A stretch of DNA of 63,642 bases, counting the filler, from Octopus bimaculoides (taxonomy: Eukaryota): NCBI RefSeq assembly GCF_001194135.2. It is 7 parts of 5 records of this genome, joined end to end, with 100 filler letters (N's around TTAATTAATTAA, not from the genome) between each part and the next. Parts side by side here need not be neighbours in the genome. Positions count along the whole stretch, not along the records: positions 1 to 25,038 come from NC_068986.1; positions 25,139 to 39,810 come from NC_068982.1; 5 more parts are not named here. One strand, given 5' to 3'. The translations under genes were made by a program, and so were the position numbers. Numbering within the stretch: position 1 is the first letter of the stretch; every line of letters begins with the position of its first letter. The notes beneath the pieces are model-generated. The model was not told the origin of the DNA. It did no database searches and worked only from the letters and a program-made list of their open reading frames with translations. This document shows positions 12,731-25,415 of the stretch, in pieces.

Positions 12731-14366
12731 GTGAAGTATAAAAAACTAATGGGCAGATCTTATAAAACATGTAGAAAGTTGCATTATTTTCAATTTCTTG
12801 AAAATGAACAAAAGGCCAAAATACTTTCAATATTCAGTAGTTTTATTCAAACATTAAGGCCATGTCCAACTACAATTGACTACCATTTTCACACAACTTA
12901 TTATCCATGTGAATTAGCTTCCATGATCTGATATCACTTAAATATTGATAAATTGATATAAATGACTGGACTGCAATTATTGGTAATCTATTCCAATCCC
13001 CAACAAAAGTGAATGCTTTTGATGTTGCTAGTCGACACTAATGTTAATTCTATTCTCCACCACATAGTTTGAAATCAATAATTAAACAGATTTAAGCAAT
13101 AACAAGATAAATCAACAAGCTTATTTACACAAGCGTCACAGTCAGCATAAAGAAGATCAAAAAACCTTATGCAAGTCATATAGACACCTGGTCTATATTA
13201 AAAATATTCAAACAGATGATGTGGGTGTATATGTCACAGATAGCAAAACGTGTTTGTGTTGATTGACATGCTATTATATATGTGTGTATTCTGTATGTGT
13301 GTTGACGTCACAGAAGCCATGTATTTTTTTTCATCAAGAAATAACATAAATTGTATTTAATCACTTAAATAAAGGTCAAAATGTCACAAAAATTTGTATT
13401 GCACTGCTGAAGGTAAGTATGAAAATAAATATGTAAAAAAAAATTAAGATGAAAAATATACTATTTCTGAGATATTTTAGTCACACAAACATCCCTAGAT
13501 TTTTAGTAATATCAAGATTAGTTAATAAAAGAATATATATGACCCATATGTCATTATATTAAACTAAAAATTACTAATAATAAACTAAAAGAAATATAAC
13601 AATGTAAATACATGAGAAAAAAAATCACCAAAACAAAATTATACTAAGTGAAAATACATGAATATTCTCAATGGGATGTGCTTGTTTGTTTTGGCACAAT
13701 ACATCAAACCATGGTTTTGATGTTTCTCAAGGATGTTCTTAGTAGAAATCTAAGAACATCCTTCTCATTAGTTGAGTGGTATTTTGTGTTGTTATTGCCA
13801 TGAAAGCTGAAAATGCAAAATCACAAATATGTGGAAAGAAAGGGTAGAAGAGCAGCCATAGCTAATTTAGATGATTTTCTGAAAATTCTAAATTACACAT
13901 TAAGGTAAAAATTCTCAAGTTTGTTTTTGATGATACAAATTTGAAACTTGAATCACATAAGAGCTCTACAAATTCTTGGTCCTTCACAGGAAGCTGTTTT
14001 ACCTTTTCCATTGCTACAATGAATAAGATATAGATACAATCTAATTTATAACAGTAAATAACTGAGATTATTCAAGCAAATTAGTTGGCAAAAACTACCT
14101 CTAAGGTACATTTAAAAATCTAAAAACAAGGCAGATAACTATAAGCTAAGTTGAATAAAATTGGAGTGGTCTTTAAGACTAACTGGTGAAAGCAACAGGC
14201 ATGTTTCAGTTTTATTACATCTCCTCAGTGAAGGAGATAATAAGACTATGAATAAAAATAGAGTGAAAAGAGTAACAGTAACTATGAATATCAGCAATAT
14301 GGCTGACAGAAAATAGTATAGGGAAACTTATCACAATAACTATGCTAGGGTCTCATATATGTAATA

Positions 14367-14660
14367 CAGTGAGTTGAAAAACTTTAACCAATGGAAATTA
14401 TCCGAGCAATGTGTTGACAAAAACTCCCACCTAACACTAGTTAAAAATCTAAAAATTAGAGAATAACATCAATATCATTTGATTGAAAATTTTAGACAAT
14501 TCCATTCCAATATACATTGTCTAAATTGTCTAAAAAGTTCAGTCAACAGATCTTATTGTAGTTAACTCTTGTTCATTGTTTTAGAATTTTAAAACACCCT
14601 TAGAGGGAGTTTTTGTCAAGTAATTGTTCGGATAATCTCAATTGAAATTTTTCCACTCTT
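14367..14660. mobile_element. MITE with about 60-bp imperfect TIRs
   Basis: gagttgaaaaact...attatccgagcaat...gacaaaaactccc versus gggagttttgtcaag...ttcggataatctcaattgaaatttttccactc. Confidence 0.55.
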
Positions 14661-15294
14661 TACATTACATATGCAGTCTTTCTATTAAGTACACAGAAGG
14701 CTCACAGAAACTTTCCCCTCAGTCATATTGTTGATAAAATATTAACCATTGACTAATTGTATTTTTTACCTCACTGTATAATTATTTCTAGTTAGCCTTT
14801 TTAATCTCTCTGCATTAAATATATTAAGATTAACCTAACACATATTAGGTTTACACTTATATTAATAATGTACTATCTGGACTTACATCTAACCATAGAC
14901 ATCATAGAAGCAATCAAATAAAATGTCATGGCAGGATTATTGCAATTATTAACAAATAATTAAATTTATAAAAACTTAAGTAAGAAAACAAAAATAATGA
15001 AATTGGTTATCAAATTCTAACTTGGCACATGACTTTGACAATAATAAATAGAATGTTATGTTATAATTGAGGATGGATAAATATGATTGCCTAAAAACTT
15101 TGAAGGCAATGGCAACAGCCCAATGATTGAAGCCAGTAAAGAGTAATACATATATATCAATTAAAAATGTGTGTGTATGTGTTTGTGTGCAATGTCATTA
15201 TATAATTATAAATGTTTATATTATTAGTTTCATAAATGATAGAATTTTTGATCTGCAAAAAGAATATTTAGAAACCTGGTGCTTCTGTTTTATT

Positions 15295-15950
15295 AGGTGT
15301 AGCTAAGGATTCCAGGTTCAGTCCCACTGCATGACACCTCAGGCAAATGCCTTCTACTATAGCCCCAGGTTGACCAAAGCCTTGCGAGTGGATTTGGTAG
15401 ATGAATACTGAAAGAAGCCTGTTTTGTATGCATGTGTGTGTGTGTATATATATATGTCACCTATATATCTATATATATCTATATATCATTTTTTCTACTG
15501 TACACACTTGAAAATATGATATATAGATATATGGGTGACAAGTAAAAGCACCCACTACACTCTCTGAGTGGTTGGCGTTAGGAAGGGCATCCAGCTGTAG
15601 AAACTCTGCCAGATCAGATTGGAGCCTGGTGTAGCCATCTGGTTTCACCAGTCCTCAGTCAAATCGTCCAACCCATGCTAGCATGGAAAGCGGATGTTAA
15701 ACAATGATGATGATGATGATGATGATGATCTGTGTGTGTGTCTTTGTCCCTCCACCACCGCTTGACAACTAGTGTTGGTGTGTTTATGTCCCTGTAACTT
15801 TGTGGTTCAGCAAAAGTGACCAATGGAATAAGTACAAAAAAGTACTGGAGATGGGAGGTGGGTGATACATTCTTCTAAAAATTCTTCAAAGGAGTACCCC
15901 AGTATGGCTGCATGACTAAACAAACAAGTAAAAGGTAAAAGATTCATTAA
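15295..15950 (+). mobile_element. tRNA-headed SINE with internal (TA/TG)n, carrying an RTE tail at about 15530-15730
   Basis: B-box-like ggttcagtcccact head; 3' half shared with 25195-25415, 48010-48165 and 55070-55285. Confidence 0.75.
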
Positions 15951-17251
15951 TTTTTTTTTAAATCTAATTATTACATAATTTTATGGGGATAAGGAAAGAT
16001 GGTTTGTCATGTCTGTCTTGTGAAACCATGAATCTGCACTGATTTCTGCTTCTGTTGGTGAGTGCAGCAAGGTAATACTGGAATGTCCTTCCAGAATGCA
16101 GGCCTACTTGGCAAGGTTGGAAACCCAGCAGTTGCCAGTGCAGCAGGCCTACTCTCTCCACTCCATCAGTGTTTTCCAGGGGAAGGGCAGTGGTTGATAC
16201 AACTTGGCACAATGTCATTGCAGAAGTTGCCCAAACCAAGTTAAAGAGTTCAAGACACTGGACTTTCACAGAGACTCCAGCTCTTCCTTCAAGGTTGATT
16301 AAATTGATACCACTAACTTGATAAATACTGGTACTTTAACTTACCAAGGCCAGAATAATGAAAAGCAAAATTACTTCAGCAGGATTAGGACTCAAAACAA
16401 AGAACCAGGACAAATACTGTAAAGTATTTTGTTTGATGTTCTGACAATTCTGCCACTGGTCACAATACTGTACATTCAATTGAATTTTGTTCTATAGATG
16501 ATTTGCAGGGTAACATAACTAATGTGATTCAGTATTTAACTGAAAATCAACTGTAAAATATATTCTTATACTTGAGAATCACATCAGTCTGTACACATAA
16601 AAATGGTGAACAAACTGAAAATTAACAACCCTCAGATGAAATTTACATTAAAAAAAAAAAGTCTATCAAATTCTTTTGCTTATCCTTTTCAAAGACTAAT
16701 TTTATCATAAGATAGGACTAAAGCTATATAAACTTTTAACTGCACAATGACATTAAGATAAATATATATTTTCATTCTCATTAAAAAGATAGAAGTGCTA
16801 AACATTCTAAATCTGCTGGTGTATGCAACTAACTCAAAAGGTTTACTGAACAAAACCTTTCAAAGTTTTCTTGAGAGTGGAAAGATTCCATTTTATGCCA
16901 AAACAAAAGTATATAGCCACTAGATTGAATGTTTACACTTTAATAAGAAGTGTTTGGAAACTCATTTTACATATGATCAAAATATGGTATCTTCTATTAA
17001 AACTATTTCAAGTTCATGCATTATTCAAAAACCTGCTTTATGTGTTGGTCATGATGTGTTTAGATTGTTCTCCTTTTCAAACAACTTTTATATCAACTAC
17101 ATGTCACAAAGAATGTATGTTATACAATGGTGGTATACTTTTAACATAAAATGATATTTCCTCTACTTCGGTTTCCTTAATGTTACAAAAACTGCTCTGA
17201 AGTCTTTTTAGTAAACAAAAGACACTGCATGTCAGTATACTTCATACTTAC

Positions 17252-17349
17252 TGGTGCTATGAAGGTGTGACTAACACCTCCATACATGAGCACATGCACA
17301 CTATGATTTGAACCAGTGAAGAAGCTCATACTGTATATGGCTGACTGAC
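17252..17349 (-). CDS. Candidate exon ((G)QSAIYSMSFFTGSNHSVHVLMYGGVSHTFIAP)
   Basis: ctaacAG acceptor (weak pyrimidine tract), GTAAGT donor, 98 nt, open in phase 1-0; might instead be a transposon relic. Confidence 0.3.
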
Positions 17350-18439
17350 CTGTTAGAATTTGCAACACTATTGCTTGCTAATCATGGCTTTTTTTTTTTT
17401 TTTTAAATAAGAATGAAAGATTAGAAGACATGGTCTTAGATATTCAGAATGCAGAAATAAGACAGTCACAGTTTTAATTCATTTGCTCATATATCTACTC
17501 AATCAGGACTGGCTATCAGTTAACAATAACTGGACTGCATTTTAAAATGGTTTCTTTACCCATTTTCTTTTCTCACAAACACACAATGACCTCGACTCTT
17601 ACTCCAAAATTCAGGCATTTGATACTGTATAAGCTATTATATTTACATTCTGACACTGTTCCCACTGAGTGTGAACTGTTGTTAATCAGACAGGCAAAGG
17701 AAAAAAGTGGCAGACAAGCATGAGGTGTAATAAGGTTTGAAGTTATAAGCAGATATTCAGTAACTTAACCATGCAAACACTGTGCTACTTTCCCTATTAA
17801 TATTGTTGTTTGTTCAGGTTGAATAGTTCCATGATCAAAAACTTTCCAGCTGTAATCAACCATTTTTTCAGACAGTTTATCTCACACTACATTACATTAT
17901 GCAATTTGTCCTTGCTTATTTTTCAAAACAGTATAGAGAGATTTGGCTGCTATTTCTAGCAGGCTGAGCTACCATATAGTGCATAAGTATTTTCAAGCAA
18001 TAGGCCCATGAGCTATAACTCATCAGAACTTGGATCACACTCCTGAAACATTAATTTGACAAACAGTAAATGTAGCAGGGAAATGCCACATATTATACTG
18101 CGCAAATTATAAAGAGAGAGTTAAAAGAGAGAAAAAAATTGTCTGAATTAACAGAATCAAACAAAGATTATTTTACAAATTTTAGTTAAGTTATATACTT
18201 GTATAATCAGCAATGTGTCTATTTCTGTTTTTGAATAGAGAAACCATTTAAAATGCAGTCTAGTTATTAACAGTCAATCCTGATGGAGTAAACATACAAG
18301 CAAATGAATTACATCTGTGACTACCTTGTTTTCATGATATCTAAGACCATGTTTTCTAATCTGACATGTGCATTAAAGGCAATTAATTAAACTATGATAC
18401 TTCCACAAGCTCAGTATGTCATTAAAACACTGACCAGGT

Positions 18440-19200
18440 ATTTATAGGTGACACTTGCAAGGAATGCAGCTACAACAGCGACAGAGATTTCCACTGAATT
18501 TAAAGATAGCATTCTGACCATTCATAACCATTAGAAACTTGGAAAAGTTTCAAAGCAGGGAAAATGGGTTCCTCATGCTTTTTCAGAGCAAGTTATCAAC
18601 AATGGCTTTACTGTTATGAACCACTCCATACATGTAACTACCAAGCACTATTTTAAAATTGGATTCTTTACAGCTATAAATCCCAAATCAAAAACCTGTA
18701 CTATATCCAAAAGGAGGACTTCACCCAAAGAAAATGTTATTGAGTATTTGGTGGGTTATGGAAGGAAGTATTCAACATGAGCTTTTCAGCTGAATTAATC
18801 ACTTCTGAAGTCCATTCTCAACAACTTCACTGCGTGAAAACTGCTTTGGATGAAAATGTACTACCTTAATAACCACAGGAAGAGTTCCCTATTAAATAAA
18901 GATAATGCAGGACTTCAACTGCACTGATCACTAAAAATGTTCTGCAATTATTCAAACAGGGGAAAATGCTACATCCTCTACATTCTCCAAGCCTTGCTCT
19001 ATCAGATTTTCATTTATTTAGATCTTTACTAAAGCCTTTAGATGAGAAAACTATAGCCAGCAGGGAAGATACAGTAAATGAATTAAATACATATTTTAAC
19101 TCAAAACCTAAGGAATTTTTTGAATCAGGAATTGAATTACAAACAAATAAAGAAAAGTGATAGAAAATTAAGAAAATTATTCTAATTGCAGTATTAAATA
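18440..19200 (+). pseudogene. Decayed mariner (DD34D) transposase
   Basis: LGKVSKQGKWVPHA, DNAG, HPLHSPSLALSDFHLFRSL, YFNSKPKEFFESGI motifs. Confidence 0.85.
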
Positions 19201-20789
19201 TCATGTTTGCACTTTTAAATGCTAACTCAGACAGGGTTATAGGCCAATTAACTAGGAACAGAATTAGACTAGGTGAAATGCAGTTTGACTTTAACTTTGG
19301 TAGAAGCAACATGGATACCATCTTCATGGTGAGACAACTGCAAGAAATATTAAGAACAAGCTGTTGTACTTGGCATTTATTGATCTAGAGCAAACGTTCT
19401 CAACAGGGACCATATGCACCCCACCACCGGGGAGTCCATTTGGAGCTCGAGGGGGGCATTTTGGGCCAAATGGTTACTGGAAGACCCTTGTCTTTGGTAA
19501 GTTTAATTTTAAATTAACAAGTAGTAGCCATATTTTTACATGTTGACAGACTTATTCCAACTGACAACATCGCAGACATCATTGGTGGTTCCTGTCATCA
19601 GTGAGGTTCTTTCAACCATACATCATCAGAACCCTGTACAGACCATTAAACGTATTCCTTTGAATAATGACTCAACAAGGAGACAAAACAATGAAATGGC
19701 AGATAATGTGGAACAAAAGTTGTGCAGCATTTCGAAATCAATAGAGTTTGCTCTAGAAATTGATGAGAGCACACTCTGCGGAAATCAGTCTCTACTGCTT
19801 GGATATGTCAGGTTCTTCCATTAAAACGAATTGCACAAGGAGCTGCTTTTTGCTTTGAATCTGCCTACAGACACCAAAGGAGTTACAATATTTAACTCAG
19901 TGCATACTTCAAAGAAAAAGCAATACCCCTCAGCACAAGAGCAATGGTTGGTCAACATAAGGGGTTCGTTTCTATTCTGAAGAAAGAAAATCCATCTGTT
20001 TTTGCTGTGCATTGTGTGATTCATCGATAGCATCTGGCTACGAAGAAATTCAGCGAACCGCTCAGCAAGTCTTTGCCGGTGGCAATCAATGTTATCAATT
20101 TTATTAAGCATCATGCCCTCAATGAGCGAGTTTTTCAGCAGCTCTGTCAGGATAATGACAAAAAGTTCGTACAATTACTTCTTCATGCTGAAGTGAGGTG
20201 GCTTTCAAAAGGAAAGTGTCTTTCTTGTTTTTTGTTTTTCAACTTTTAGACTTCATAATTGAGTTTCTATAAGGACAAAATGCAGATTTGTATGAGAAAA
20301 CCCTTAAAGTAAAGCATGTCTGTACCTATCTTGCCAATATTTTTGACAAATGCAACAACCTCATACTAGTTTTACAAGGGAAGAAGATCAGTTTTCGTAA
20401 AGCTAGGAGTGGAGTGCTATCAAAACATTCTTGGCCAGGCTGGACTTCTTCAAGAGGAATCTTTGTTGAAGGGAATTTTTATAATTTTCCAAGCACTGCA
20501 AATGTTAAAAACATGGTTAGCAATAACCATCTCCAAATTTAAACTGCACACCTTCAGGAATTACAAGAAAATATGTGAGAATGCTTTGCAGACCTTCTAC
20601 AAATGGATATTCCAATTTGAATTGCTGATCCCTTCATTGCTAACATTGATGACATGGACATAAAAATTCAGGAAGAATTTATCAAGCTTCAAACAGATGA
20701 TTTGCTGAAAATTCGATTTCAGAAAATAGGTGAGCCCCTGTTTTGTATGCAAGAGACGTTCAGTGAAGATTTGATTACACTCAACCAAC

Positions 20790-22161
20790 TGCTTAATGAA
20801 TCTGATGTTATTTGGAATTAAAGTTGGAAAATTTGTGTAATTTTAGCCAATCAACAGACAGCGAGGCATTAACAGCTAGTTACCATAGCAACATATGACA
20901 ACTTATATGTTCTATTTTGCTTGTGCTGAATTTTCTCATCTGCACGCAGTCTCTGTACATGCTTCGATTTTGTTATTTTTGTGAAAACTTTATAAAACGT
21001 ACATTACCTATGTTTATATCAATTAGAATTTTATTTGAAGTATTCTTCATGAATTTTCGCAGTATTTTACATATATTTCGTGAAGTTTTTTTCTGTGTTT
21101 TTATAATCTTTTTGCCTTTTGTGAAGTTCTGTGTTTGTTTACGTTTTGCTTGTTGGTAAAAGCCTGGAATGGCAGCATCCAAGTCATTAACTGTACTAGT
21201 CTGAAGGAGATATTGAAAACAGAGGTGGATGCTGCATATTATTTTGAAGAAAAAGATGTTATCCCTAAAAAAAAAGTGTAGTAAATCTAGGCACAATATG
21301 ACTAAGAAAGTGGTTCATGGGAATTTGTACTGGCGGTGCACTCGCAATGGATGTAATAAACACTTGTCAGTAAGGGCAGGAAGAAAAAAAAAAAAGAAAA
21401 ATCGCGGATTTTTCGTGTGTATTCAACGTATCTGACCACCAAACCCACCGTAAGCCACTTTTTTTTTCGGAAAAGAAAGGGGAAGAGTGGTGGGGGACCT
21501 CAAAGTTTCCAGAAAAGGAAAGACTTGCCTGCTATTTCTAACACGCCCTGCTACCACATAACAGCTATTTGCAATAAAGGACCTGTCGTTATCGCAAATA
21601 GCTGCCAATGCGGGTGCACTTGTAAATATTTACCCAAATACATTAATATACCCCACCACAAAAAAATAATAAAAACATGACTTTATAAGGTATTTATCTT
21701 TATTTAGAAACCTACAGTGAACAGGTCACACGGTACATACAACCTTACACAGGATACAACTTTGCACAGGATACAACTTTAAAGTTGACACCGTTCGCTA
21801 CAACGAAAGTTTATTTATTACTGGCTAAAAATAGAGTTTTTCGATTTTGAAACATCTGTAACTTTTTCGTCAAATACCATCCTCCACAATTTGCTACTCA
21901 TCTGAAGTACATATGTATTCCAACAATTTCTATCAAATACACCCTCTTTCTTGAGCATAAAAAATCCTCTTCTCGGGTGACAATAACTTATATGTCAGAT
22001 TGTTGCACAAGTTCTAGCTGTTTTGATAAGGGAAATCGGAAAGGTTTGAAATGATTTCATTGACATTTACTTGTACCAATCTTTCGATAGACAACACGTT
22101 GATCTCCTAAGTGTCGCGTGGTGAAAATAAACACAATTACCAAACTTTCATTCATAAGACC
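20790..22161 (+). mobile_element. Merlin (ISXO2/IS1595-like) transposon derivative nested in the hAT
   Basis: Frameshifted MAASKSL...YFEEKDVIPKKK-CSKSRHNM...LYWRCTRNGCNKHLSVRAG zinc-ribbon N-terminus; FGK..RGRVVG-like segment; ends approximate. Confidence 0.65.
20879..20892. promoter_or_regulatory. RFX X-box consensus GTTACCATAGCAAC, near a CCAAT box (20845-20853)
   Basis: Exact motif match about 280 bp upstream of the Merlin ATG at 21169; function untested. Confidence 0.35.
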
Positions 22162-24703
22162 ATTTATTATTTTGATTTTTTTTTTGTTTTTTTTTTCTAT
22201 TTCAATTAGTACATTTGTACTCCCAATTGCATACAAGTGCATATGTAAAATGACATGCTTTATTTTTTTAATCATTACCTGCTGATATCAAAATAAGTAG
22301 TAGTATATTGAAAAATAAAAATATATATTGTGTGTGGGGGGGGGAAGGCATTTGTGACTCCAAGGGTCAAAAGGGGGCATTTGGCCAAAATGGGTTGAGA
22401 ACATTTTATCTAGAGAAAGCCTTCAATAGAGTACCTCGCTCTGTGATATGGTGGCCTTTGAGGAAGCTCAAGATAGAGGAATAGCTTGTGAAAGTAGTAT
22501 AGAAGTGCAGCTAGAGAGGTAAAAATTGGTTATGATAAATTTAGTGTACAAGAAGGTCAAGGCTCGGCCCTCAGTCCTCAGCCCCCTCCTACTCATCATC
22601 GTCCTCCAGGCCATAACAGGAAGACTAAGTTCATGGGAACTACTATATGCTGATGATCTTGCCTTCATAGAATCTGTAACAGAATTAGAAAAGAAATCCC
22701 AGGTGTGGAAACAGAACCTGAAATCAAAGGGTCTTAAAATTAATTTAGAAAAGACCAAGGTCCTAACAAGCATGAAATTGGACAGAACCCTTCACCCTTC
22801 TGATAAATAGCCCTGCTCGATATGTAGGAAGGATGTAGGTAAAATTCCATTCTGGTACCTAGTGTAAGCTATGGCTACAAGAGGTGCAGTGGAATAGTAG
22901 GAAGGTTAACAGAAAAAGTAATGTTTGTATGTGGAAGATGAACAGGAGCCATAAAGGCCGCAGATACATGGCAAACTCATTTCCTCAAATGTCCTGGTGG
23001 CTCTCTGGAAGTTGTAGATAATTTCTGCTACCAAGGTGACCTAATAAGTAGTGGAGGAGGTTGTACAGAAAGTGTAATTGCTAGATTAAGAACAGGATGG
23101 AAAAAGTTCAGAGAGTTTTTACCTCTGCTGGCAACCAATGGTCTCTCTCTCTGAGTGAGAGGGAAGATTGTATGATGCATGCATGAACTGTGATGCTGCA
23201 TGATTGTGAGACATGGGCCTTGAACACAGAAGACATATGAAGGCTGGAGAGGAACAAAGCTGGTAAGATCCACTGGATGTGCAAAGTCAGTGTGCATGTG
23301 TGACAGAGTACTGGTGTATTAAGAGTGTTGAGCATAAGAGGAGTTATTTGCAGTGTGCAAGACTAGAGACTCTGCTGGTTCAGTCATGTGATGTGGATGG
23401 ATGAAGACAGTTGCAAAAAGAAAAGCCAATCACTTAAATTGGGTGGTTGCAGAAGAGAGAGACCTAGGAACACATGCGACAAAGTATTGAAAGCTGACCA
23501 AGATATGTGGGTGCTGGTGCCATGCAAAAAGCACTGGTAATGGTGCCACATAAAAAGCACCCAGTACGCTCTGTAGACTGGTTGGCATTAAGAAGGGCAT
23601 CCAGCAGTAGAAACCAAACCAAAACAGACTATGAAACCTAGTGCAGATCCTGGCCTTGCTAGTTCCTGTTAAACTGTCCAACCCATGCCAGCAAAGACAA
23701 CGGACATTAAATGTTGATAATGATGATAATGTAGTAGCTCTAAACAGCCAACAGATTTACAGATTGTTTCATTTTACTCCTAAAATCTTTTATTCACATC
23801 TCACCTTTTCCTACATAACTACCATGATTCTGTTGTTGTTTAACCCCTAGGTCACGTTTGTTTAAGAAGATCCATGATCAATCCATCTTCTATGACTTCT
23901 ATGAAAGTATATCTATAACTGCATAACAGAATATGTATGTCATTTTTTAAGGCAGTATGTGACAGTGTGAGAGAAATTTGACTGCTATTACTAACTGATT
24001 GAGCAACCACAAAGAGGATCTATAATTGATCTAATACTGATGATTATACTTAATTAAATCTCAACTATTTAAACAACTTTTACAAGAAGTGTATGATGGC
24101 TACTTTCTCTTATTTTTTAAGAAGTGATCAAACACATGGCACATTTAACCTTTCCATTCAAGCAGAAGCAAAATAAAATGATGTTATACTAGAAACAATG
24201 AGTCCATACTATAAATGTCAAGAAGTGAATTGTGGTGGTAGTGTTCTATATATTCTCCAAAATCAGAACCAATACAAAAAGCTCATATACTAAAATAGGC
24301 AGCTGGGGTAATTAACTGCATAGAGAAATAATTAAATAAGACTAATGCAGAAAGCATAGTGTGAAAATGGATCATAAAACACTGCTTATATGGTTGTATC
24401 AATGAGGGAGCTTCTATGTGGCTGCTTGAACAATTAGAAATAGCAACCAGAGCTCCTTCAATTTGTACTGATAACTTTAAGGAAAAGGATAGATTGGATT
24501 ATGTTGTGTCTAGGGATATTGGATGTCTTTTGATAACGGGTCTGCTTGATCAAAGGCGATCTGGTGTTAATAGCTCTCTTGTAACTGAAGGGAGAATTGG
24601 AGCACATGCAAGAGCATTATTTGTGAAAATCAAATTAGCATACCAAACTAAGTGTCTAATCCTGAATAATAAATTATCGGCTAATTCATCAATTATAGTC
24701 TCA

Positions 24704-25018
24704 TCTATATATATAAAAATGAGAATGTGTGTCTGTGTGTGTGTGTGAATCCCTAAAACTCGAGAACTACGCTACCAATTTCATTCAAATTTTACAGATG
24801 CCTTACTTAGGGTTCCAGTTGTGTTTTAGTCAAAAGATTTTTTTAACTTTCTTGCAGAGTTCGAGCCCATGGCAACATAATATCTCCTTCACTATTTAAG
24901 TATTACGTGTCAAAAGTGAAACAAAAACACTCATGTCAAATACTTTCACTTTAAAAATGAAACTATTCCACTAACTGAAACAATCACATTTCGATACTGT
25001 AATGACAGAGACTTTCAC
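24704..25018 (+). mobile_element. Helitron-type non-autonomous element, 5' end (truncated by a gap)
   Basis: A|TCTATATATATAAAA start followed by a (TG)n tract, typical of animal Helitron 5' termini. Confidence 0.6.
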
Positions 25019-25138
25019 TTTAATGGTTTCAGATATATNNNNNNNNNNNNNNNNNNNNNNNNNNNNNNNNNNNNNNNNNNNNTTAATTAATTAANNNNNN
25101 NNNNNNNNNNNNNNNNNNNNNNNNNNNNNNNNNNNNNN

Positions 25139-25139
<1 letters not shown>

Positions 25140-25185
<46 letters not shown>

Positions 25186-25415
25186 GTATGTATGTGTGTT
25201 TGTGTGTCTGTGTTTGTTCCCGCACAACATCGCTTGACAACCGATGCTGGTGTGTTTACGTCTCCGTAACTTAGCGGTTTGGCAAAAGAGACCTATAGAA
25301 TAAGTACTAGGCTTACAAAGAATAAGTCCTGGCGTCGATTTGCTTGACTAAAGGTGGTGATCCAGCATGGCCGCAGTCAAATGACTGAAACAAGTAAAAT
25401 AATAAAAGAGTAAAT
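25140..25415 (+). mobile_element. SINE 3' half with a leading microsatellite
   Basis: cgcttgacaaccgatgctgg...ccagcatggccgcagtcaaatgactgaaacaagtaaa. Confidence 0.85.

Larger units (their letters stand above)
19391..22407 (+). mobile_element. hAT (Charlie/Buster/ZBED5-like) transposon with a decayed transposase
   Basis: 14-bp TIRs (12/14), identical 8-bp TSD ATCTAGAG at 19383-19390 and 22408-22415; LEIDEST, HCVIHR and EVRWLSKG motifs at 19600-20760. Confidence 0.9.
19205..23730 (+). mobile_element. RTE LINE split by a hAT insertion (RTE parts 19205-19390 and 22408-23730)
   Basis: MQFDF...DTIFMVRQLQE...YLAFIDLE on the left resumes as DLEKAFNRVPRSVIW on the right; later LYADDL, RGRP-type end and 3' UTR. 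Confidence 0.9.

Noticed and set aside
24416-24748. 110-aa plus-strand ORF
   Set aside because: Starts in a short repeat seen elsewhere (17941, 23970), ends in the Helitron leader, and has no recognisable motif
25083-25094. TTAATTAATTAA islands inside N-runs (also 39855, 47341, 50785, 58899, 62167)
   Set aside because: Identical 12-mer with stops in all six frames, always centred in gaps: an assembly spacer, not biology
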